From NCBI RefSeq assembly GCF_036971445.1, contig NC_091472.1:119598001-119662000 (forward strand): 64,000 bases of DNA, read 5' to 3'. The stretch is from Narcine bancroftii (taxonomy: Eukaryota). Under the pieces are notes generated by a model. The model saw only the letters and a list, made by a program, of their open reading frames with translations, was not told where the DNA came from and did not search any database. Positions 38,165 to 49,454 of this stretch are shown here, piece by piece; within the stretch, counting starts at the first letter, position 1; every line of letters starts with the position of its first letter. Position numbers and translations under genes: made by a program.

Positions 38165-40136
38165 CGCGAGAAGTCAAATGGAGCATTTAATCTTTCTTTA
38201 AATTTACCAGTTTATATAGAAAATTACAACACGCCGATCTTTTTGCTTAAAAATACGAAAGCCATTTTACAACAAACAGTGTTCACGTTTAAACATTATT
38301 AACCACTAAAAAGTAATGGTTGCTCGCTAACTATACAATATCTACAGGTTAAATATCTACACATATCTACACTATCCCTGCGCGTCGGTAGCATAGTTTC
38401 GCTAACTGTCCTCCTTCACAGAGTCCCTGTATTTAATATAATAATTTCCATCATCCACGTTACAAGGAACAATAAATACTAACTTCATTCCGCGATATAA
38501 TTTGTTTTATATAGCGTGACTAAACTTTGGCACTGCAATTTGAATTGCTCACATCCGAATATCTCTGTGTTACCAAAGAGTAGTAGCATGGCAGGACGAA
38601 AAATTCCGACAAGGTGGACGTTTTGTTTTTTTTTTAAAAAATGTCCGTCCTGTTTCAGAATACTTGCAGAAATGAAAGCATCTTTTAAAAGATACCAGAA
38701 TGGACAGAAAATACAGACCATTTAAAATCCAAATGTTAAAATAATGCCATGAAACCTGGGTTACAGTCGATTGCCTGACTCACCTGCCTGTATTTTCACA
38801 GTAACACAAAATACGTGTAAATATATCAATTTCCCAAATATAATATTTAGTTGTAATCTGCACACAAAACTAGAGAAATATATATACACATATACTTTTA
38901 AATTAGAATATTACAAATGCTTGGAATCAGTAGGCAGCTTTTTAATGGTTGCATTGCGTCTGCTGTCTCAGTTATTCACATGTTCATGTGTTCGGAAATT
39001 ATTCTTTTTTCTTCTTGGGACTTCGGCGCCGCTCCCACTTTAATGCCTATCTCTAAGATACCCATGTTCTGACTGAAGTGACTGGGCCATTTCAGAGGGC
39101 AGTTAAAGAGTTTAACACGCTGCTTCGGAAAAGGACAACAAAATCCAGAACGGTTTGAAGACGGCAGTTTTCTTCCCTGAATGGACATGAGTGAACCTGA
39201 CATTTTTGTTATTAAAAAACCCCGAAAATCTCAAAGTTTCATGGTCACCCGACTTTTACATTTGACGATGTGTTTTCTTCGTGAATTTAAGTTCTTCGGC
39301 TGCCACGTTGAGATTTGTCTATGTCTCTGGATCGACGTATAAGGCCTTGGATTACTAAGCCATGAACACAACCACTTCCCAACCCACAATACTGCAACAC
39401 ATGGACTATGAATATATGCACTACCCTCCGTTTTATCTCAACACACATTCATGCGACTGTACGGAGTTCATGATACAGCCATTGATAATGCACACTTTTT
39501 AATGAAATGAAACTTGTTCAGCTTTTAATTACGTGGCTTGAATTTGTGCCATCGTGAAATGCCTCCCTGTCTCCATTAGCTATGGCTTGTCTCAAAGCTG
39601 AAAGTGCAACTCAACTCTTTGCCGTTCACAGAAAATAAAATTAACCTCCAGTTGCTTGTTTCCAAGATTTCTCCCCAGTTTTTCAGTGCAGTCTGTTCAC
39701 TGAAGCCTCTTGCCATCCTACCACGTGGGACGACCACCTTGGGAGCCAATGGGATGCTAGAAGTCCCCCCCCCCGCACCATCTTCCAATTGGATAACCCA
39801 TCAGTCAATCTATCACGACACACAATTGATTGGCAAACCATTGTATCATACTCAAGAGTAAAAACAAACTCACAATTTAGTCCCACCCACTTCCAATCCA
39901 ATCATGATTCAGACGCCCTCCTCGGAGGTGCATTGCGATTGATCAGCGATCTATCAATCAACTTCATCCCCAAAGTCATTCAATCTGAGGGTGGATTTTT
40001 CTTGAACCGCAAACCGTTGTAATAATTCAATGAAAGAAACCAAACAGATAATTGCCCATTTTTGTGCATCTTCTTGAGCTTGCAGCACGAGTAGTTCCTT
40101 TAAAAATCGTGAGTACATTGCAGTAAGTCCTTGCGT
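38165..40136 (-). other. TBX1: Probable TBX1 3'UTR (~2 kb)
   Basis: Follows the stop codon. Contains GTGCCAAA (38526-38533), a TATTTATTG block and three TGTAGATA motifs. Candidate ATTAAA poly(A) signal at 38186-38191. The 3' end is inferred. Confidence 0.55.
39160..39380 (-). mobile_element. DeuSINE-like (SacSINE1/AmnSINE-type) fragment within the TBX1 3'UTR
   Basis: cttccctgaatggacatgagtgaacc...tttcatggtcac...gaatttaagttc...gctgcc...ttggattact resembles the recalled reverse complement of the Deu-domain SINE consensus. Confidence 0.5.
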
Positions 40137-40501
40137 TTATCTGTGCCCATAGTCATAATTAGTGGGCGCAGCGCTCCCAGGGTACATGTTTGCTGCGGGG
40201 TTCATGTGGTGGTAACTGTGACTCGCTATTCCAGGCAAAGGGTAAGGACTCGGCCTGGGTTTGGCGCTGATGTACGTGTCGTGGTACGAGCGGTACTTGT
40301 AGGTGTGATGGAGGCTGTCCGGCGCTTGCGTATGAGGATCCAGTCTCAGTTCGTGAGGGGGGCTTGGACGGCTGAGTGGGTGGATTCCACCAGGGAGAGC
40401 CGGACTCAGCACCCTGGACATGACCTGCTGCTGGTGTGGGTGTTCCACGTGCATGGCCGTCCGGCTCGGATCTCGGTCGTATTCACTCCTGGTGTCCGCA
40501 T
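40137..40501 (-). CDS. TBX1: TBX1 last coding exon (DADTRSEYDRDP...RVLSPALP...AKPRPSPYPLP...NYDYGHR*), equivalent to isoform C
   Basis: Acceptor atccgtag|AT in phase 1 gives K-D as in human TEK|DAA. Conserved RVLSP, RPSPPHELRL, HHxYKY and RPxPYPLP blocks; TAA stop at 40137-40139. Confidence 0.95.
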
Positions 40502-40609
40502 CTACGGATACAACGTACCAAGGATCAGAACACGCTATGTTAAAGTTCCATTCACAGTACATCTACCTGTCAAGTCACCAAGGAAGGATGTTTGAGAGGG
40601 TAAAAAATA

Positions 40610-41045
40610 AGTGTACAATTTCAAATGTGAGGCGCTGCCTCAAGAAGACAGCCAAAACCATAAAGTGCCCCCATTACCTTGGTCACAAACTCTTCTCACT
40701 GCTCCCTTCGGGTAGAAGGGACAGAAGCTTGAGGTCCAGCACCTCCACGTTCACTAACAGTTTTTCTCCAACATCTATCGGGTTCTTGAACCTCCTCCTG
40801 GTTGTACCCGAAGCAGAAACTACTCCGGGACCACAAAAACATCTGTCTGAACTATTGAAACGTCACCCTTTTTCGTGAACTAACCGCAACTGTGAATATT
40901 TATCCATTTATCATTTTATAGATGTATTATCTCTTTCTCTGTCGTAGCGTATTATGATAATTTAATTCATGTTGTTCAAGTTTGTGCATATCACATACTA
41001 GTGTGGCTACATCAAACAAGAATACATGACCATAAGCTCTCATCT
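40610..41045 (+). mobile_element. Rex-type LINE 3' fragment in the last TBX1 intron
   Basis: RRCLKKTAKTIKCPHYLGHKLFSLLPSGRRDRSLRSSTSTFTNSF peptide. Confidence 0.75.
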
Positions 41046-41316
41046 CATCATCTTAAATCATATACCAACATGATTATTGGCAACTGACGCAAGAATTCAC
41101 GAGAGAGCGTGACTTGCTACCGTGGGCATCATATGAAGCATGATGTAAATGGGGGCGTTTAAAGTGACGACCAAGAGAGAAGTGAATAGAAGATTAAAGG
41201 AGTAAGGGAATGATAATTAACGCCAGCATGGATTGATAGACCTGAGTTTCAATATTGAGTTCGATGTGAGACGGACACGCTAGAAACTGCAGATGTTGAA
41301 ACCTGGACCAAATAAA

Positions 41317-41450
41317 NNNNNNNNNNNNNNNNNNNNNNNNNNNNNNNNNNNNNNNNNNNNNNNNNNNNNNNNNNNNNNNNNNNNNNNNNNNNNNNNNNNN
41401 NNNNNNNNNNNNNNNNNNNNNNNNNNNNNNNNNNNNNNNNNNNNNNNNNN
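41317..41450. other. Assembly gap
   Basis: Run of N. Confidence 0.99.
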
Positions 41451-42529
41451 GGAGGAGAGGGGGACAAGGAAGATAGGGGCCAATAAAGAATTTGCATGAT
41501 ATGTATCATAATGCAACTTCGTCCTATCCGAGAGACACACGAGAGATTGCAGTGGCTGGAATCTGGAGCGGAAAGAAAAACATTTTGCCGAGGGGACTCA
41601 GCGGGTCGACCATTGTCGTCTTGACGAAGGGTTCCAAAGGATCAGGAATTCCCAATGAAGGGCCCAGTTCCGAAACGTTGGATACCCTTTACTTCCTACG
41701 GATTCTGCGTGACCTGCTGAGTTTCTCCAGCGCATTTGTACATTACATTCGAACCCAGCATCTGCAGATGTTCTTGTTTAACCCCATGTCCCCGCGGCTC
41801 GACACAGCAGAAGGGTACAATGCGAAAAGAATCATTTAGTTTTGATTTCCCTCAGTGCGGGCAGTTGTTAGAGTTGGAGGGTGGTAGGTTAAGATACAAA
41901 ATTGTAATTAGCGAATTTGAGCGCGGAAGTTATTTTTGGGAAGGTTCGTCGATGGCAAAACTTTCCTTTGTTGTTTGTAGATCTGAGATAACATTTGCAT
42001 ATGTATTGAACATAAAATGAACGCACGGTGAAGTTACATCATTAAATAAGCAAAGAGGGGTTGGAGGGACAGCGGGCCACGCAGCATCCACGGAAAGGAA
42101 TTGACACACAACCTTTCGGGTCGAGTCTTCTCAATTATTATTTCTTTTAACGACTTGTTTCACTAACATGGCCATGGTGAACATGTTCCAGTGTCTAGAA
42201 TATGCAACTGTCGGCCTATCCAATTAGTAAAGGAGAACAAATATTTGTTTTGTTTTTACTTGACGCTTTTTAATGACCTCGTGTCATCATCATAACCAAT
42301 GACCACATTCAGGGGTAAATTTATTGCATCGGGAAATCCGTGCGCACAACGTTCTATCTCTAATCACAGGTAAATATCTCCCAGGAACGGAAGGAGCAGA
42401 AAATTGGGTTTCTTCAGACACTTGGGTATTCAGTAGCGACGTGCACCGCCAGTGCATCGCCTCCCCAGTATAAACCAGAATCTGCGCTCAAATATCAGGA
42501 ACAGGATTTGGACTCGTCGGCGATTGATA

Positions 42530-42950
42530 GTGATAGGGTAATATAGCACGGAAGGAGGGTCTTCGGCCCGATGACCAAGTTGTTTACCTAAGCGAGTCCA
42601 ATTTTACTGCATTTGATCTATACCCGTCTAAACCTTTTACATCTTTTATACATTGCAATTGTACCCACCTCTACCTCGACTTCTATTTGCTCGTTCTATA
42701 TACCCACTGCCCTCTGCCTGAAAAATATGCCCCTCGTTCCTTTTAAATATTTCCCCTCTGAACTCAAACTATCTACCTCTAGTTTTAGATTGCCGGGGGT
42801 GGGGGTTACTACGACCTTATGCATGCTTCAGATGATTTTATATAATACTGTTTATGGTCGCCTCTCAGCCTCCTAAGCTCCAGGGAGAAACGTCACAGCA
42901 TCTCCTGATAATTCAAGCCCACCAGTCCCGTATCATTCTAGTGAATCTTT
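42530..42950 (-). mobile_element. Old CR1 3' fragment in a TBX1 intron
   Basis: acagcacggaa-like tail, ttgtacccacctctacc, tatacccactgccctctg, cctttaaat motifs. Confidence 0.6.
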
Positions 42951-43985
42951 CCCGTGAGTTGACAAATCCCATTACTCAACTTGAGCTGCAGACTTGCCAA
43001 ACAGGCAAGAAGTTTAATTTGGTCAATGAGAAGGGAGCCAGAAGCTAGTTGATGGCAATATTGATGGAGTATTATTGTTCATGTGAAATACAATTCTGGA
43101 ACAAGGAGAGTCGAATTTTATCTGGCTCATTGAATTGAAATCGGTATTTTTTTTAAAAAATGAGCACGTGGGAAATAATGGTCAAAATGATCCATTCTAT
43201 AATTCCAGACGCGTTCTCGAAATACACACAAAACAAGCTAATTTGGAGTGGGGGGGGGGTGGTCTTGGAAATCAATTGTACATTCAATTTTGAATACACA
43301 ATGTCCCAAAAGACCAAAGATTTTTTTTTTCTCCAAGTGTTCTGGCCAAAGTCATCGCAGAGAACAGAGTAATTGATCTTACTTGGAAGGCCGCTGTGTC
43401 CAAACTGGCAGCAAATTTATCTACGTAACTGCATAGAATTACTCAGCTCCGCAAAGAGTCTTGGGTTGTCCCCAGTATGCGATGGGTGTGTCATGAAGTT
43501 GTTACAAGACAACGAGGTTACTAACCACCCCACCCCCCCCCCCCCCGTCACCCCACCCCCAGAGTTTCAATTAGATTATTGCTAATCTACAGCCTAACTC
43601 CATATCTTTTAACACTTTGGTTTGGACGAACAAAACTCAATCAGTGGCAAAGATTGTTTACTGGCCTCGCATTAATTGCCATTTCAAGAGAGTTCCACAT
43701 TTCTATCAAACTCAAAGAGTAAACTAAAAGTGTTTCTTATATTCATTTCCGAAATGCTGGCTCCAATTTTTAGTCTCACGCCTTGTTCTGGTCTCACCAA
43801 GGAGATAAAATTATTTCGACTTAATTCACCATCTTTACAGAAACGTTCAAACCAGTCACTCGCAGCCATTACAGGGAATACAGTCCTAGATTATGAAACA
43901 TTTATAATGTTTCTAAGTACAAAGGGTACAAATTGTCTGGAAAAGTCACAAATCTTGGCGGATTTGTGATAGGAGGATAAGGTAC

Positions 43986-44083
43986 CTTTTTCGCTGCCGT
44001 TCTGTTGTAGTGAGGACACGGAGTTCCTGTTCCTCGTGAACGCGCTGATTAACTGTAAAGACCCGGGCCTGTGATTCCTCGGC
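43986..44083 (-). CDS. TBX1: TBX1 exon (PRNHRPGSLQLISAFTRNRNSVSSLQQNGSEK), 98 bp
   Basis: Homologous to human [22 protein letters not shown]...GTEK. Acceptor ttgtag|G; donor AAG|GTACCT. Confidence 0.93.
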
Positions 44084-44253
44084 CTACAATATGGTACAAA
44101 ACTGTTCATTTGAGAACATTTAGATCAAACCCAATACTTCTTATAACAATGTTGAAATGCATGCGAGAAAAAAAAAACTCTTTAAAATTTGAAACCAAAA
44201 ATACATCTATTCATGTTACCAAGGTAATTTCGCCCGTCCCTTCCGTGACTCAC

Positions 44254-44321
44254 CAGTCTTCTGGATCACAGTCTCTAAATCCTTTTGCAAATGGATTGCT
44301 TGCGATTTTTAGTTGTGTTAT
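44254..44321 (-). CDS. TBX1: TBX1 exon ending the T-box (ITQLKIASNPFAKGFRDCDPEDW), 68 bp
   Basis: Translated by hand. Acceptor cccctcag|ATA; donor TG|GTGAGT. Confidence 0.96.
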
Positions 44322-45820
44322 CTGAGGGGATTAAGAACAAATACTGTACTTAACTTCAATCAGGGTTTGATTCAGTGGTGGAACTGAATGTTGCACGCAA
44401 CTTAAAGCAAAGATTTGGCATCTGTAATTTCGACATAATGAAAAGAGTGCTCGTCTTAAACATCTTTTATGCAACATTTAAATGTTCTAGTGGTTTTTAG
44501 TTAAATGCACGTTCGCCTGAAGTGAGTGATTTGTTGACTGGATTCCATCTTATTAAAAAAAAACCGCAGATAAGTAGCTACTTTGCTATTGTGGAGGGCT
44601 TAAATGCTTAAATGTGTGTGTGTTGTCACAGTCTATAAAACACTGGCTGCTTATATTCGGTCAGTTTCAATCGGTTCATTTGTCGCTATCTTCCTTGTGT
44701 ACACTGGAAAATGCTAGACAAACAGATATAGTTATTTTAAAACATTTTGCAAACATTGCAGAAATATATAATAATCACTCTGCACATACTCCGTGATATA
44801 CAAAAACGATCAGCCGCGAACTGTTATATCGTTGTTAATTCATTGCTAAAATATTCCCCTGTAAATGTCCGGAATGGTTGTAAAGCAAACTTTAATCCGT
44901 TATTGACAGTTTGCAGACGAAAAGGTCAACTGGTAGAAGGCAGAGGGTATGGCGGACAGACCTAGAACAGCTGTTCGCAGACATCAGGATCATGCCAAGT
45001 GTGTCACACATCGGTATTACATTAGAAAAGAAAAGCTCAGAACTGAAACAGATTTACAGCCATAGCCATTAAGGAGAGATCTCTTCATATTTTAGTTCAA
45101 TATTTCAGGCATTGCCATTAAAAGTGGAAAAGCAGCTCAGTTGCATCACGTGTAACTGAGCCGCGCCACGTTTGATTGACACTTCTTGCTGGGATACTTG
45201 TTTTGGTTTAAAAAAAGACCGGAGCCTTGAATTTACACAGATAATTGCATCCCAGTGGGTTTTAGGAAGTTTTCTATAGTCATAATTGCAAGCCGGGAGT
45301 CCTTGAGGTAGTTGCATGGATTTAGATCTGGTCTCCCTCAGCGGCTCAGCTATCAGGTTCCACGCTGAAGTTTTGGGAATGAATTGAGCAGATGCCTTGG
45401 AAAGAGGGTGCACGACTCCCCTGATACTTTCCAAAACAGATTTTAACTCTCAAACGGCAAACGGGAGCTGCCAGTTTAAATCAGCCTTTTAAAAATCTGC
45501 TTCATGGTCCGAGCTCTCCGTAATCAGGGTTCATGCATACCAAGCAGAGATGTACAACAGATGACAATATGATTTAGCGTGTAGATCCCAAGGCGTGACA
45601 CTGTTGACACATGCACATACTTCAATTTTATATGCATGGAAATGCAACATATTAAATCCACTTGGGTTTTTTTTTGTATTGCTGCTTCGACACGCTTAAG
45701 CCATTTCAATTCATTTAAAGGCGGCCATAAATTTAATTAGCTTCTCTGCGCATTCGAGTCTGTAGTTTGCGGATGAACTTTGAAGAATTCGACTTCAGTT
45801 AACTCACTGCTATGGCGTCT

Positions 45821-45868
45821 TCCGCAAGATTACCTTGTATCGTCCGCAAGATTACCTTGTATCGTCCG
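45821..45868. repeat. 22-bp tandem duplication
   Basis: TCCGCAAGATTACCTTGTATCG occurs twice in tandem. Confidence 0.9.
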
Positions 45869-46183
45869 TTTATAAGATATATTCTCTTCAATTATTAAAA
45901 ACATTTATATAAAAGTCAACACGCCTCTGTATTATATTGCAACAACAATAGTTCAAAAATTCCCGGGTTTTTAAAGTTGATAGCTATTCAGAATTTACGA
46001 AAAGATAGGGAGAATTATTATTGACAATAGCCAACGTTTATCAATTTTGAGCACAGAATGTGGCCTAACGCGGGCTTTAACAGCAATAAATTAGAGATAG
46101 TTTGCAGATTGTTATCGATCATTTGCAGCTTTAAAGAATGAAGTCTTGCAAATCCCACAGCCCACCAGTACAGGGATCTCTCA

Positions 46184-46429
<246 letters not shown>

Positions 46430-46432
46430 TTA

Positions 46433-46720
<288 letters not shown>

Positions 46721-46959
46721 TCATGAATCGAGTTCGTGCATAGATGAAGAAGTTTATAAATAACCCGAGATTTTCACGTGGAAATATCCCGTAAAGTTAA
46801 TCAAATTGTAAAAATAAACACTACAGCTTTACACATTCTATTTCTCACGTTCTACCCACACAGTCATTGACTTGAAAAGTTTACTGTGTTTTTCCTTCCA
46901 CAGATACTGCCAGACGTACTGTTCTACTGTTTGAATAATTTTTCTCCTTTACATGTATG

Positions 46960-47085
46960 TATTACATATTGTGTGTGTCTCTGTTGTGTTGGTGTGTGTG
47001 TGTCTGTCTTTGTGTCCGTGTGTGTGTCGGTTGTGTTAGTATGTCTGGGTATGCTGGGATGTTTGTTTGTGTGTGTGTGTGTGTC

Positions 47086-47116
<31 letters not shown>

Positions 47117-47140
47117 TGGTGTGTCTGCCTGGGTATGTGT
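46960..47140. repeat. Imperfect (GT)n microsatellite
   Basis: Visible directly in the sequence. Confidence 0.9.
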
Positions 47141-49262
47141 ATATTTAAGGCACCGACATTGTGAACAAGTTGGGGGGCGAACTTGATTAGTTCAATACTT
47201 TTTGGGAAGAATAATAATTTTAATCGTGAATAAATCAATAGAATTGGAAGAAAGGAGACCTTGGTTATTTTTCTGGTATTGAATAGGAAATTGGTGGCTA
47301 ATGTACATTGCTCAAGTAACCAAACACCCGACATTTAGATTGGGCGGCCATCATGTTACACCCTCCTTTCTGGTGCCGTTAGAACAAGCCCCAGTCAAGT
47401 CAGTATAGGAGAGCTGTGTATCTTTTCTCGCTCAGCATAAGTGTGACAAACAATTTTTAAAGTTTTGAGTGGCCGGTCTCCTGTTCTGATTTCTCTTACA
47501 ATAATTTTGATACTATTGTTGCTGTCCGGAATAGGGAATGTTTGACCTTTTCCCTTTTCCCAAATTGTTATTTTTCTTTGTGCTTCCCTTGAAAAGCGTC
47601 GTGTCAGTATCTTGTGATGGAGATTGGTTATTCATTCAAATTCAAACCTTATGAACCATTCATTGCAAATTAGGTGAGATGGATGGAAGAAGAGACAGTG
47701 TAAGCGTTATGTGACAGAAAGGCAACTCCTTGATAATAAAGGGCTAGTATTAAAAGTCATCTCAAAGGAAATTCGTTCGTGGAGGGAAATCTGCACTTTC
47801 ATTTCATGTTCTTGAATAAAATATGCAAGAAAGTGTTTATGGGATAATAAAGAAATCTCCCGGACGTGGAGTCGAGAATTCCAGGCATAGTCTCAGGATG
47901 AGGAGTTGGTCATTTAAGACTGGAGGAGGATACATTTCTTGCACCTCTTTGGGATTGTCTGCTCCAGGGAGCTGGGGGGATGATCAGCTTGTTGATTTCA
48001 AGCTCGGAGATTCAAGCACACATTTGGACTCTGGGACTTTTCGAGGAAATGAGGACGGGTGGGAGAATGGAGCGAGGAGAAACAGCCGTGACGCTCCCGG
48101 GCTCCTGCAACGTCTCTCCTTTCCCTCCTTTGGATGCCGAGTTCGTGCATTTTAATTTTTGAAAACGAACGTCCAAACCATTTAAGACCAAAGAACACAC
48201 TCCCATCATAATATTATTTCAGATTTAAAGCGTGGTCGGCGAGGGTAGTTGCCGCTTTGGACATGACGCTATTCAGGTAGTTTGTGGAAACAAAGAATTG
48301 CTGGGTGAGCTCAACAGGTCAGACAGCATCCATAGATGGAAATGGTTTCGGGTCTGGACCCTCCAACGAGACCGTCAACGGTTGAAGGGATGCAAATGAA
48401 ACCATTATTTTAGCAGCTGTCTGTGGATTATTTTGCGTTGAACCACATTCAAGGTGGATAACATTCACTTTTATGACGTTTAATGCCAATTCGTATAGAT
48501 TTCGGGCCTGCTTCACAACTATTCTGTGTGAATAATCTGCTTACATTTACATAATTGAAGGGGTTCAACACACGTTCTTTAATCCACGTGAATCTACCAT
48601 AATGTAAACCAGAAATTGCCTGTTTTCTCTGTCAACATTTACCACGGTTCATTCTGAATTAGCCATCCAACAGTATCCATCTGAACGAACCGAGCCGGAT
48701 TCGTTTACCTAGGAAAATGTGATATTTGGTTTTTAAAAAATAACAAGAAGATAGCTTATTGAGGAGGGAAAGTGGCCTTGGGAAGTGTTACCTTCACGGT
48801 GCATTTTAAAAATGAATGATCACCTAAAGAGATCACCCTGCTGCTGTGCATGAATAATCTTGGATAAAGAAGATAAACCCTTGGCAATGTCAAGACAAGG
48901 CAATCTCGAAGATTTAGGACTCTGCCCCCACAACCTTGATATCTGGACGCACACTGATTTAGTCACTTGAAATGAGCTCGCAGAGACAACAATTTACTGC
49001 TTAAATGTTAAAATGTTACGGGGTTAGGAGGTGGGGGGCGTGCGATAAATTAGAATGGGTAGGCTAGTTTAGAGGATGTTCCATATAATTTGCAGAACAG
49101 ATTAGATGCTTTGGCAGCGTGTGTGGTAGTGGAGTGACGTGAACCCAGCATTATTAGTGGGTTATTTTTTAAATCTCAATCTGTTGTTACCCTGAGGAAA
49201 TGTCCTTCTAAAACCTCTTCACCGCCTTTTTAAAAACATTTCGCATTTATTTCCTTTTATTA

Positions 49263-49454
<192 letters not shown>

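Noticed and set aside
40535-40568. Alternative acceptor (ttgacag|GT) for the last TBX1 exon
   Set aside because: Gives only GRCTVNGTLT* and lies near a LINE fragment. The 40501 acceptor yields the homologous C-terminus.
40131-40595. Plus-strand ORFs overlapping TBX1 exons (also 54082-54304 and 55471-55833)
   Set aside because: Antisense shadows of GC-rich coding exons.
43891-43985. Read-through of the weak AAG|GTACCT donor giving an alternative C-terminus (GTLSSYHKSAK...)
   Set aside because: No recognisable homology to human TBX1 isoform A or B tails and no transcript evidence.
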